64,000 bases of DNA, from the IMG/VR virus record IMGVR_UViG_3300032282_006516, positions 1 through 64,000 of that record. One strand, written 5' to 3'. Shown in pieces: positions 27,842 through 36,031 of the stretch. Each line of letters starts with the position of its first letter. The first letter of the stretch is position 1. The stretch is from a virus. The notes beneath the pieces were generated by a model. It did no database searches and was not told where the DNA came from. It worked only from the letters and a program-made list of their open reading frames with translations. The position numbers and the translations under genes were made by a program.

Positions 27842-27955
27842 ATGGAACTACACCTTTGGGGCGAAGCCTTGACCGAAGTGTTTGGTACGGCAATCGGAAC
27901 CTTTTCGCCGTTTTTGCTCGGAGCCCTCTGGGTCTGGGCAAGGGGCGAGAAGTGA
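27842..27955 (+). CDS. 37-aa hydrophobic peptide (MELHLWGEALTEVFGTAIGTFSPFLLGALWVWARGEK)
   Basis: Translated by hand; bracketed by promoter motif and terminator. Confidence 0.55.
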   Translation: MELHLWGEALTEVFGTAIGTFSPFLLGALWVWARGEK

Positions 27956-27959
27956 CGAG

Positions 27960-28003
27960 AAACGGGCTCTCCCTTCGGGGATTGAGCCCGTTTTTCTAGC
28001 CCC
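27960..28003 (+). terminator. Hairpin plus TTTTTCTAGCCCC
   Basis: AACGGGCTC..TTCG..GAGCCCGTT stem. Confidence 0.75.
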
Positions 28004-28017
28004 TACCTCCCGCGCAA

Positions 28018-28048
28018 TAAACCCGGTTTACCGGGAATAAGAAGAGTG
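28018..28048 (+). promoter_or_regulatory. Phage promoter motif TAAACCC-N9-GGAATAAGAAGAGTG
   Basis: Shares the GCAATAAACCC 11-mer with 27807-27817. Confidence 0.65.
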
Positions 28049-28059
28049 GAGGGAACACC

Positions 28060-28287
28060 ATGCTCGCAACCCTGGCAATGAAGGCCGCGACGTCGGTCAT
28101 TCACGGAGCCGAAAGCGTGTTGGGGAAGATTTCTACCGCCACCAGCCTGTGGGCCGGGGTGGACGAGGAGAAGAACCTCGTCTCTATAGACCTGCTCGTC
28201 AACGATGACGAGCTGGAGGAGATCCTCAAAGACCCCAAAATCGTGCGCGCCTGGAAGGCCGCACAAGCCGTAAAGGAAGTGTTGTGA
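28060..28287 (+). CDS. Hypothetical protein
   Basis: 75 aa; GGAGGG RBS. Confidence 0.65.
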   Translation: MLATLAMKAATSVIHGAESVLGKISTATSLWAGVDEEKNLVSIDLLVNDDELEEILKDPKIVRAWKAAQAVKEVL

Positions 28288-28329
28288 GCGAAGAAGAGGA
28301 GCTTCGGCTCCTGGGTTTGGAGCTTGTGC

Positions 28330-28357
28330 AAAAACGCACCGATTCCGGGAATAAGAA
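28330..28357 (+). promoter_or_regulatory. Phage promoter motif AAACGC-N10-GGAATAAGAA
   Basis: Upstream of the ATG at 28395. Confidence 0.6.
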
Positions 28358-28394
28358 CATTGAAGGGGCAGACCGCCCCCAGAAGGAGACCACC

Positions 28395-28637
28395 ATGAGC
28401 CACGACAGTGTCAACGTCAACAACAACAACAACAACAAGCACGCCACCCTGGACCAGAAGCTGGATTTCATCGCGGAGGACATCGCCGCCCTCCGGGCGG
28501 CGCTGGTGAAGGAAAAGAGGGCACTGACCCGAAACCAGAAGATCGCCGCGGCGGCGGCCGCGACCACCGTCGCGGTGGTCGCGGTCGCGACGGTGGTCTA
28601 CCACCGTCGCAAGGCGACGCCCCCCACCCAGGGGTGA
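28395..28637 (+). CDS. Small protein with poly-Asn, coiled coil and C-terminal TM anchor
   Basis: AAGGAG RBS; ATG at 28395. Confidence 0.7.
   Translation: MSHDSVNVNNNNNNKHATLDQKLDFIAEDIAALRAALVKEKRALTRNQKIAAAAAATTVAVVAVATVVYHRRKATPPTQG
28419..28436 (+). repeat. (AAC)6 trinucleotide repeat
   Basis: Read directly; encodes NNNNNN. Confidence 0.9.
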
Positions 28638-28643
28638 CTGGGT

Positions 28644-28686
28644 GAACGCGCGGCCCCTTCGGGGGTGACGCGCGTTCGTTAGCCCC
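28644..28686 (+). terminator. Hairpin plus GTTAGCCCC
   Basis: GAACGCGCG..TTCG..CGCGCGTTC stem. Confidence 0.6.
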
Positions 28687-28697
28687 TCATACCGACT

Positions 28698-28982
28698 ATG
28701 TGGTTCGTCTACCTACTCTTCAGCAAAACTCTCAATCGCTACTACACGGGAATCACAACGAGACCCGAACAACGACTGCGCGCACACAACGGCAAAGGCG
28801 GCGCCAAAGCCACACGCGGAGGACGCCCCTGGTCAATGTGCGTTCTGTCGGCCCTCGACTCAAAAGGAGATGCGCTGCGAGAGGAGTACCGCCTCAAGCG
28901 GCTAAGTCATGCAGAGAAGGCACGTCTCTACGAAGCGAAGAAATCTCAAGATTTACGTGAACAACCACTTGCAGGCCGCTGA
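28698..28982 (+). CDS. GIY-YIG nuclease (short YhbQ/UPF0213-like)
   Basis: FVYLL..YYTGIT..EQRL..HN..GGAK.T..RPW..ALREEYRLK. Confidence 0.85.
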   Translation: MWFVYLLFSKTLNRYYTGITTRPEQRLRAHNGKGGAKATRGGRPWSMCVLSALDSKGDALREEYRLKRLSHAEKARLYEAKKSQDLREQPLAGR

Positions 28983-29018
28983 AGTAGCTTCTACAACTAC
29001 TTATGAAAGGAGGACGCC

Positions 29019-29261
29019 ATGACTGAGCCGATTCTGTTCACCAACACGATGTTTGAAACCGCCAACGAGGCGTTCCTCTTCTGCAAGGACGACTTGGAGA
29101 AGAAGGGGCACGTCTTCGCCGCAACACATCTTGAAAGCTGCGGACCTGTCTACAACGCCGTGACAGGGCGCTTGGCGCTCGATGCGCTGCACGCCGTGCA
29201 GCCCGTTTGCGCGTACGCCGACATCGCCATCAACGCGGTCGAACGCGCACTGCGGTTCTGA
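29019..29261 (+). CDS. Hypothetical protein
   Basis: 80 aa; AAGGAGG RBS. Confidence 0.7.
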   Translation: MTEPILFTNTMFETANEAFLFCKDDLEKKGHVFAATHLESCGPVYNAVTGRLALDALHAVQPVCAYADIAINAVERALRF

Positions 29262-29329
29262 CAAGTTCAGCTCCTAACGCGGGATAAGAGTCATGGGGAC
29301 GCCCATGCGCTCTCCCAGTTAGGAGCTGT

Positions 29330-29848
29330 ATGTTTTTGTTCGAGATGTTTGACGAAGCGCGGCGCGGATTCTCCACGACCGACCTGCCCCCGCGGGTGTT
29401 CGTGGCCAAAGAGATTGGAAACCGGATCATCGAGGAACTGCACAAGAACCGAGAGACGCGGCTCGTGCGCGCTGAGGGCGCGATTGTGCGCGACGAACAG
29501 GGAGTGTGCGCGATTTTGAGTCCGCCAGTGTTCACGGTGGCCGAAAACATCGCGCTGATCTGGGTGCGCACGGCGCCCGAAATCGAAGGCGGAAAGATTC
29601 GCCTTACCGCAGCACTCAGAGAGAACAACGTCTGGCAGCCGTTGCGCCGAAGCGGCTGCGCGATGTTCCATGGGAACGAAAATGACGCGGAGGACGCACT
29701 CGTGATCGTACCCGCGCGTGGCACGTTCCGAATCGAGCGCCCCGCGCAAAGCGTGTCTCCCGAGCTATTCGTCCGATGGGACGGATGCGGGGGCCTGGAA
29801 ATCGGCGTACCCCGCCGGTACGCAAAACCCGAAGAAATTCGGGCATAA
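29330..29848 (+). CDS. Hypothetical protein
   Basis: 172 aa; AGGAG RBS; preceded by the GGGATAAGAG variant motif at 29281. Confidence 0.65.
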   Translation: MFLFEMFDEARRGFSTTDLPPRVFVAKEIGNRIIEELHKNRETRLVRAEGAIVRDEQGVCAILSPPVFTVAENIALIWVRTAPEIEGGKIRLTAALRENNVWQPLRRSGCAMFHGNENDAEDALVIVPARGTFRIERPAQSVSPELFVRWDGCGGLEIGVPRRYAKPEEIRA

Positions 29849-29856
29849 GAATAGTG
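29824..29856 (+). promoter_or_regulatory. Phage promoter motif AAACCC-N11-GGCATAAGAATAGTG
   Basis: Overlaps the stop codon of 29330..29848. Confidence 0.6.
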
Positions 29857-30300
29857 ATGCGAAATACCGCAGCCCCCACGCGCACCGGGGGAGTCGTGCG
29901 CAACCTTGTCCGCGGATGCGGACACCTGGCCGTGCAGGGTTACACGGAGATCAACCGAAGGGTGGAAGAGCATCTTGACTTAACGTCAAAGATGTACCCC
30001 TTCTTTCAAGCGCACGTGGTCCCGCGCTGCCCAGAAGCGGCGCAGGATCTGCTGTGCGAGCTGTACGCGCGAGCTGAGGCCGCACGGCAGCCGGAGTTGC
30101 GGGACGCGGTGTACGCCGCGTACGACCGCGCGCTCCGAGGCGTGGTCGACTGCGCCCTCGGGCTCAAGTCGACGGAGGAGGTCCGTGCGCTCCTAGAGAG
30201 AGCGCGCGACCTCAACTTGCAGTGGACGGGGCTCTCGCGCGCTCTTGCGGAGATGCAGCTGACGGCTGCGCTCGGCGGGGCCGCTCCGGCGCAAGCCTGA
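29857..30300 (+). CDS. Hypothetical helical protein
   Basis: ATG at 29857 directly after AGAATAGTG. Confidence 0.65.
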   Translation: MRNTAAPTRTGGVVRNLVRGCGHLAVQGYTEINRRVEEHLDLTSKMYPFFQAHVVPRCPEAAQDLLCELYARAEAARQPELRDAVYAAYDRALRGVVDCALGLKSTEEVRALLERARDLNLQWTGLSRALAEMQLTAALGGAAPAQA

Positions 30301-30318
30301 GCTAAGCGCACGCAAGAA

Positions 30319-30362
30319 ATCCGCTCCCTCCCACGCGGAGGTTGAGCGGTTTTTCTTAGCCC
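30319..30362 (+). terminator. Hairpin plus TTTTTCTTAGCCC (convergent gene boundary)
   Basis: CCGCTC..GAGCGG stem; motif at 30350-30362. Confidence 0.7.
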
Positions 30363-30532
30363 TCGGTTGATACGCGCGTCTTGAAGAACAAGTACGTCTT
30401 CAGAATGGCGACCTCAGAACGGACAAGCGGGTCGTTCCCCTGCGTCTGAAACCACGCCTCAAAGCGCCGGATGTCTTTCTCGACAGCGCTCTCCAGCGAT
30501 TCCCCATTCAGCTCTGTGTCGACCTTCACCAT
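30356..30532 (-). CDS. 58-aa hypothetical (MVKVDTELNGESLESAVEKDIRRFEAWFQTQGNDPLVRSEVAILKTYLFFKTRVSTEG)
   Basis: Translated by hand; below the ORF-track cutoff; clean ATG to TAA. Confidence 0.6.
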   Translation of the reverse strand: MVKVDTELNGESLESAVEKDIRRFEAWFQTQGNDPLVRSEVAILKTYLFFKTRVSTEG

Positions 30533-30581
30533 GTCAAATCTCTTCTACAACAAGGGACAAGAAGAGTGAAGGAGATACTCA

Positions 30582-30779
30582 ATGTACCCGATGCAGGTGT
30601 GGAGTCTCGTAGAGTTGGTCGACCTGCTCACGCAGGTCACGATGCAAGTAGCAATCGCGCAAAACACCGCCGTGGCGATCGACACGGCCAGAAAGGAAAT
30701 CGACATGATGGTGGCGTGCGTGCGCGCCACCCCGGTGCGGCAGCAGATCATCACGATTGTGGAAGGGGGTGATGCGTGA
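30582..30779 (+). CDS. Hypothetical protein
   Basis: AAGGAG RBS; GGGACAAGAAGAGTG variant motif at 30554-30568. Confidence 0.65.
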   Translation: MYPMQVWSLVELVDLLTQVTMQVAIAQNTAVAIDTARKEIDMMVACVRATPVRQQIITIVEGGDA

Positions 30780-31027
30780 AGCCCTGCGCGGCCTGCGGCA
30801 CGCAGGAGACGGCGCTCGTGCGCACAGACCACAAGGGGCTTCAGCCCTTCTGCGGTCCGTGCCGTGCGCGAGTCGCACGGAGGGTCGACCGGCAGTACCC
30901 CGAGCTGCCCATTGTGGGCGCGCGGGTGGCCGCAACGCGAGCGGCTTACACGGCCGAAGACTTCTGCGCGCACGAGCGCGCCGAGCGACGAGCGGGCAAC
31001 CGCTTCGTCGAGCCGGAAGGAAAATAA
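30776..31027 (+). CDS. Small Zn-finger protein (CAAC..CGPC)
   Basis: GTGA overlap; followed by a terminator. Confidence 0.65.
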   Translation: MKPCAACGTQETALVRTDHKGLQPFCGPCRARVARRVDRQYPELPIVGARVAATRAAYTAEDFCAHERAERRAGNRFVEPEGK

Positions 31028-31029
31028 GT

Positions 31030-31075
31030 CCTCCCTTTCGGGGGAGGCACGCGGCTTCGGCCGCGTTTCTTAGCC
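31030..31075 (+). terminator. Double hairpin plus TTTCTTAGCC
   Basis: CCTCCC..GGGAGG; ACGCGGC-ttcg-GCCGCGT. Confidence 0.7.
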
Positions 31076-31080
31076 TCTAG

Positions 31081-32106
31081 TTAGTGCCCCGTGCGAATAA
31101 AACGATTTAGAGACAAGGCTTTAGACGCAGCCTCCCGCCCGGCCCGGAGCTTATTCATCAGGCCGTTTTCGGCACCGACATTCTGGATTGCACTCGACGC
31201 TTCTTGAATGCTCGGCAGACCTTTTGGAAGATAAGGAACTACGTTGCCCCGGAGTTGAGCTAGGAGAGCATTCGTGCGCGCCTGCGGGCTCAGCTTCGCG
31301 ACGGACGAATCGAGCATCCGTTCAACAGCGCGTTGCTGCCGACCGCCGAGCGCGAGAGGGGCGTCAGCCGTGCCACCCGCACGACGAATGAGCTTTTGAA
31401 CCAGAGCATCGTCAGGGTGCGCCTGCCGCGCTCGACTCATGATACGGGCTGCTTCGGGATCACCTTGCACGCCCAACTGCTCACGCAGGATAGGCGCCAC
31501 TCCGGCGTGGCTGGCGTGAGGCCGCCACACATTACGTGCCATCTCTTCTGCCTCACCAAGCTCGTGCTGCCCTACCGCCTGGTTAATCGTCGCGTCCACC
31601 GGTTTCTTAGGGCCGAGCGCGGCATGCAAAAGTTTGTTACCGGTTTCATTGGGAATACTGGCTCCCATACTCGCGCCCAACAAACGTGCACGCCCCAGCG
31701 GGCCGCCTTCGCCCACGGTGCGCATGAGAGCGCCCGATTCTTCCGGTGCGTGCACGTGGTACTGGCCTAGACCACCATGCGTACCCGCCAGCATGCCCGG
31801 CATGATTTCCGTCGAACCTACCGCACCCGGTACGTAAGAACTCGCCGCTGCCATTTGCGCGGGGAGCTGGCGCTCTTTAAGAACACGAAGCGCCGCAACA
31901 GATTCCGGTGAGCGCGCTGCTGGCGCGGCCAGCTGTCCCCGTGTCATCTTGCGCGAGGCCGCGGAGAACGCCCCAGGCAGCTCTACGACGCCAGGAGAAA
32001 CATCACTGCGCGTGATGGCACCTTCCTGAATTGCGCGCTCGTACCGGGGAAGAGCGATCTTAACCAGCTCATCGGACATCGCCTGTAGTGCTGTAATCGG
32101 CAGCAT
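31081..32106 (-). CDS. Putative head-packaged protein with AMSDELVKIA tag
   Basis: ATG at 32106; N-terminus MLPITALQAMSDELVKIAL. Confidence 0.6.
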   Translation of the reverse strand: MLPITALQAMSDELVKIALPRYERAIQEGAITRSDVSPGVVELPGAFSAASRKMTRGQLAAPAARSPESVAALRVLKERQLPAQMAAASSYVPGAVGSTEIMPGMLAGTHGGLGQYHVHAPEESGALMRTVGEGGPLGRARLLGASMGASIPNETGNKLLHAALGPKKPVDATINQAVGQHELGEAEEMARNVWRPHASHAGVAPILREQLGVQGDPEAARIMSRARQAHPDDALVQKLIRRAGGTADAPLALGGRQQRAVERMLDSSVAKLSPQARTNALLAQLRGNVVPYLPKGLPSIQEASSAIQNVGAENGLMNKLRAGREAASKALSLNRFIRTGH

Positions 32107-32166
32107 GCGCCCACAGTACCACGCCACTTCACTCGAAGAATAGATGCTGCCTTCGGCTACCCGGCT

Positions 32167-32631
32167 ATGCTGCACAATGTGATTCGTCCACTCGTCTCCG
32201 AAGACCTTCACGCGGTGCTCTGTTTAGAGCAGGCTCTTTTCGACAACGCGCTAAGTGAGACGGCGTTGCGACGAGAGCTAGACGCAGGGTGGGGGCTCGT
32301 TCTGTGTGAGAACGAGGTCGTTCTCGCTTACGCCCTTTTGCGCCCCGATGCGGAAGTGCTCGACCTGACGCGCCTTGCCGTAGCGCCCAACGCGCAGCGA
32401 CATGGGTACGGGCAGCAACTCCTGCGCTACATCCTAGACGAGCCAAAGCCGATTGTGCTGACCGTTCTCAAACACAACCGGCGGGCCTTGCAGTTGTACC
32501 TAAAGCACGGCTTTAGGATTGTCGGACACTTCAGCCCGGAGTGCGCCTGGGTACTACGCCGGGAGCCGGGGCCTTGGGACGGTCCATGGCCGAACTCGTG
32601 TAGTTCGCCCCGCACCCACCGCACTGCGTAA
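32167..32631 (+). CDS. RimI-like GNAT acetyltransferase
   Basis: IRPL..EDL..V..LE; RLAVAPNAQRHGYGQQLL; LTV..HN..ALQLY.KHGF. Confidence 0.85.
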   Translation: MLHNVIRPLVSEDLHAVLCLEQALFDNALSETALRRELDAGWGLVLCENEVVLAYALLRPDAEVLDLTRLAVAPNAQRHGYGQQLLRYILDEPKPIVLTVLKHNRRALQLYLKHGFRIVGHFSPECAWVLRREPGPWDGPWPNSCSSPRTHRTA

Positions 32632-32767
32632 CGGCCTGGCCGTTCGCAAGCGTCTGGGCCGTACAGACCATCTGGCACTTCGGGCACCGCGTCTGTCCAA
32701 TGCCGCCTTCAGGCATCTTCTGGATGACGTTTCCCTTCGTATCCCGAACGCTACGGATAATCTTCAC
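32531..32767 (-). CDS. Small Zn-ribbon protein (CPKC..CGGC)
   Basis: ATGA overlap; convergent ~100-nt overlap with the GNAT gene. Confidence 0.55.
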   Translation of the reverse strand: MKIIRSVRDTKGNVIQKMPEGGIGQTRCPKCQMVCTAQTLANGQAVTQCGGCGANYTSSAMDRPKAPAPGVVPRRTPG

Positions 32768-33162
32768 GCGTTTCCTCCGAAGATGATGGGGCTGTCCTCG
32801 TCCGCCGAAACGATAGAACTCGTCGACCCGTCCGCAGCCTCGGCATCCGCGAGTGCTTGAACGTATTGCCGAAGGTACTTCGTGAAGTCGATGTAACGGT
32901 TGTCCGCCGTGGTCTGCACGGGGTCATCCGGCGTGCGCACACCCTTCGTCACCAACGTATAGAGGTCCTGCGCGACACGGCGCAGGATAGCGTTCTCCGC
33001 CTCTAGCATCTGCATCCCGTCGCTGAAGACCTTGGTGTTCGTGTTGAACGCGTCTTCGAGCTGCAGGAGACGCTGCTCCAGCGCGGACAGAACCACGTGA
33101 ACGGGGGGCTTACCGCCGCCGGGGTTTGCGAGCTGGTTTTGGGGCGGGGGCTTGTTGCTCAT
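32764..33162 (-). CDS. Coiled-coil hypothetical protein
   Basis: 132-aa ORF in a coupled operon. Confidence 0.65.
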   Translation of the reverse strand: MSNKPPPQNQLANPGGGKPPVHVVLSALEQRLLQLEDAFNTNTKVFSDGMQMLEAENAILRRVAQDLYTLVTKGVRTPDDPVQTTADNRYIDFTKYLRQYVQALADAEAADGSTSSIVSADEDSPIIFGGNA

Positions 33163-33451
33163 TTTTCTTAGGCTCAGGGGCAGGCGTGTCTTGGTCAGGG
33201 AACGGAAGGTCCGACACGCGGACCATCCGGAACTCGTTCATCTTCTGGCGCTCGACGTTCTCCCAGAGCTGGAGCTTCGTCAGGATGCGCAGAAGAACGT
33301 ACTGCGGGATTTCGCTCTCGAAACGCGGAACTTCCTCGCAGACCATCGTCTCCTTCGGCGGGGTGTCCGACTGAAGGAAGCGGTCGAGCAGGATACGCTG
33401 AATCGTTGCAACAGCGGAGCGCTCGTAAGCGTGGTCTTTGTACTCGCTCAT
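33110..33451 (-). CDS. Hypothetical protein
   Basis: 113-aa ORF; ATGA overlap. Confidence 0.6.
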   Translation of the reverse strand: MSEYKDHAYERSAVATIQRILLDRFLQSDTPPKETMVCEEVPRFESEIPQYVLLRILTKLQLWENVERQKMNEFRMVRVSDLPFPDQDTPAPEPKKNEQQAPAPKPARKPRRR

Positions 33452-34107
33452 GCGGATAGCAGCGCGCGGAAGCGCCCCAAGAGGTCAGCGCCTGCCGACG
33501 TGTCCTTGATGATGTGCTTCAGTGGATAGATATACACGTCGCGGCGCGTTCGTGCACTAGCCAGCGTTTCACCCATCAGTTGGCGCGCTTGTTCTTGCTC
33601 CGCGGCACGGCGGATGTCCGCACGAGGCAGCTTCACATAGATGTCGGCGTTGTGGCCCATGCGGGCAAAGTACTTGTAGACCAAGCGCGCCCAGTCATCC
33701 GTCGTGAGGCGAGCAAAGACTTCACCATGCACTTGGTCACCTTTCCAGACCGCCTTGCAGTCCGGGCAGACCAAGAAGCCGTAGCCCTGCGATGCGTCCG
33801 GAATGAGGCCGTTGCAGTCGCTCTTGCCCAGGGCACGAGCAGGGCACTCGTACATCTTCGTGTCCCCGCCGCCGTGGAGCTTGTTGCCGCTTTCCCAGAG
33901 AGAAAGCGCACCCGCGTAAGGCACGCGACCACTACGACGGCTGGAGAACAGCAGCTCAATCTTGTACTTCGCCTTCTGCTGGTCCGCGAGGAGCTTGTCC
34001 ATCGCGGCCATGCGCTTGCGAAGAGTATCCTCTTCTTCCTCCGTGAGCTGCGGAGCCGCATCCAGCGAGTTGTCCTCGCCCCACTTCACTTCACCAATCA
34101 GGGGCAC
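33448..34107 (-). CDS. Conserved hypothetical with Cys motifs (CP..C..CPDC)
   Basis: 219 aa; GGAGG RBS. Confidence 0.7.
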   Translation of the reverse strand: MPLIGEVKWGEDNSLDAAPQLTEEEEDTLRKRMAAMDKLLADQQKAKYKIELLFSSRRSGRVPYAGALSLWESGNKLHGGGDTKMYECPARALGKSDCNGLIPDASQGYGFLVCPDCKAVWKGDQVHGEVFARLTTDDWARLVYKYFARMGHNADIYVKLPRADIRRAAEQEQARQLMGETLASARTRRDVYIYPLKHIIKDTSAGADLLGRFRALLSA

Positions 34108-34110
34108 GTC

Positions 34111-34581
34111 TCAGCCTCCCATCGCTTTGGTTTGAAACGCCCCGGGACCAACGGGCACCGTACCGACAGGGCCAGCGCCGCGCCGACCACCTGCGGTGTT
34201 GTTCCGGTCGCCTCCGGCAGCCAAAGGAATCTCCAGCACCTCGGCCCGCGCTGACGGTGACGTCTCGATGATGTTGATGACGTCGGCGTAGTGCTGGGCG
34301 ACGTTCTCACCTTGCAGCAGCACGCGCCATGCGAACACCATCTTCTGCGTCTCTTTCCGGATGAAGTACGACTTGGAGAGGTCCACCTTCCAAGGACGGT
34401 CCTCCATCGCGAGCAGCAGCCGGTACTTCACAATCTTCCAGTTGTTCCCGTTGAGCCCAAGGGCGTCTTCCGGGATACGACCGAGAATGCGCAGCTGATT
34501 CGGGGTCTCGGTGTGTGACACCACCTCAAGACCCACACGCTTACGAAGGGCAGCGAAAAGCTGATTAGCCGTTGTGGACAT
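34111..34581 (-). CDS. Hypothetical protein
   Basis: 156-aa ORF. Confidence 0.7.
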   Translation of the reverse strand: MSTTANQLFAALRKRVGLEVVSHTETPNQLRILGRIPEDALGLNGNNWKIVKYRLLLAMEDRPWKVDLSKSYFIRKETQKMVFAWRVLLQGENVAQHYADVINIIETSPSARAEVLEIPLAAGGDRNNTAGGRRGAGPVGTVPVGPGAFQTKAMGG

Positions 34582-35053
34582 CCGGCGACTCCGTCATCGA
34601 AGGAACACAGACCATGAACGCCTTGTGGGTTCCGTAGTGCAGCTCGCGTACGTCATGGAAGAACACGCGCTGTGCGGTTGCGGTCACGAGGTACGTCAAG
34701 CCGTTCGTCATCAGCTCTTTGATGCTCTCGCTCTTCCACGGCACGATGAACTCACCAATCGGCGTACGTCCGTACACCACGGGCACATCAACCGTCTCCG
34801 AGTCGGTCTCGACATGCAGTACGCCTGACTCCGTCGTCATCGCGTACTGATGCAGAACTTCCAGGTCCGTCTCACGGATGAAGACGTACTGCTCGCTCTG
34901 CAGCGCAAGCTCGACCAAACGGGCTGCCGTTTCGAGGTCGGCCGGGGCGTCCGTCTCGGCTTCGTCCAGCACCGGGCTGAACCGGCGCATCTCACGAAGC
35001 ATCTCTGGCGAAACGAGCCCAGCCTTCAAGACCGCTTCTGTTATAGGGTTCAT
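34565..35053 (-). CDS. Hypothetical protein
   Basis: ATG at 35053 in an ATGA overlap. Confidence 0.65.
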   Translation of the reverse strand: MNPITEAVLKAGLVSPEMLREMRRFSPVLDEAETDAPADLETAARLVELALQSEQYVFIRETDLEVLHQYAMTTESGVLHVETDSETVDVPVVYGRTPIGEFIVPWKSESIKELMTNGLTYLVTATAQRVFFHDVRELHYGTHKAFMVCVPSMTESPDVHNG

Positions 35054-35595
35054 GGAGTCACCTGCGGGATGACGAGCTTGTAGCTTCGTTGGGTGTCGAC
35101 CAAGGCGCTTGAACGGGTGTAAGCCGCGCACAGCACGACGACGTGGTCTTCCAGAAGGCGGTCGCGCAAGAACGGAACGCCGTACATCTGGTCCTGCGTT
35201 GCCGGTGTCACTCCGGTGGACGTGGCGTACCAAGACCAGAACTGCGTATTTGCGCCCCCGACCAACGCCACCGGAAACAGATGGTCCACAGCGGCCATGT
35301 TGAAGAGCTGGCACAGCGCGACGGCGGCGTTCGGGCTTGCCCCCGACAGTTCGGCAACGCGACTGTTGCGGATGACGGCGTAGGGCAAAAGAGACTCAAA
35401 GTCCGTAGCGACCGGACGGGACGATTCACCTTCCCGAAGAAAGTGGCGGTACTCCACGTTGCCCCGAGAGTCGATGTGGATGCTCTGCACACGGGGCAGT
35501 TTGAGAATGTCCTCAATCACCTTGAGGAATCCTCGAATCCCCGCGTTCTTCGGTACTTCTACCGACCCCGATACGTCCTCGTACTCTGCCATCAC
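35050..35595 (-). CDS. Hypothetical protein
   Basis: 181-aa ORF in a coupled operon. Confidence 0.7.
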   Translation of the reverse strand: MMAEYEDVSGSVEVPKNAGIRGFLKVIEDILKLPRVQSIHIDSRGNVEYRHFLREGESSRPVATDFESLLPYAVIRNSRVAELSGASPNAAVALCQLFNMAAVDHLFPVALVGGANTQFWSWYATSTGVTPATQDQMYGVPFLRDRLLEDHVVVLCAAYTRSSALVDTQRSYKLVIPQVTP

Positions 35596-35777
35596 ACTTG
35601 CTCCACGTCGTCGCCGTGCGCCGCAGCGGCACGCTGTTCGACTAGGTCTGCATCCACCAGTCGTTGAAGGAAATGAGTCACCAACGCGGACAACGTCGTC
35701 TGCCGCCGCTGCGCAACTTCCGTAGCTTGTTTTTTCAGCAACGGCGCGACGCGCAGCTGCAGCCGGTCATCCTTCAT
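35592..35777 (-). CDS. Ribbon-helix-helix DNA-binding protein
   Basis: RLQLRV..LKKQATEVA..TTLSALV RHH pattern. Confidence 0.65.
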   Translation of the reverse strand: MKDDRLQLRVAPLLKKQATEVAQRRQTTLSALVTHFLQRLVDADLVEQRAAAAHGDDVEQV

Positions 35778-36031
35778 TTGGGTCCGTGAACGAACTTCAA
35801 CGCATCGAGGTAGTCGCGCAGCCCCTCGACAGGAAACCTCTGCGCAAGGAAGTCGAGCACCTGGTCGTGCGCGAAATCAAGGACCTGCTCCGTCAGCTCG
35901 ACACCCACGAGTTTCTCTTTCAAGTGCGCCTGCAACTCAGTCGCCATGGCGCTGTTCATTCCGATGAACGTCGGCAGCCACATGAAGTTGAGTTCCAAGA
36001 CACCCGGGCGTGTCGCGACGACGGCTCTCAT
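35774..36031 (-). CDS. Hypothetical protein
   Basis: 85 aa; ATGA overlaps at both ends. Confidence 0.65.
   Translation of the reverse strand: MRAVVATRPGVLELNFMWLPTFIGMNSAMATELQAHLKEKLVGVELTEQVLDFAHDQVLDFLAQRFPVEGLRDYLDALKFVHGPK

Noticed and set aside
28989-28996. TTCTACAA upstream of three genes (28989, 30543, 47494-47487)
   Set aside because: Only three copies at variable distances, and the same 8-mer occurs in coding sequence as Phe-Tyr-Lys/Asn.
27731-31080. Integron attC cassette array
   Set aside because: The hairpins differ in sequence, lack RYYYAAC/GTTRRRY boxes and extrahelical-base geometry, and no integrase is in the window. Kept as promoter and terminator motifs instead.
33161-33173. 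TTTTTCTTAGGC resembling the terminator box
   Set aside because: It lies inside coding sequence (PKKNE) with no adjacent hairpin; probably chance.
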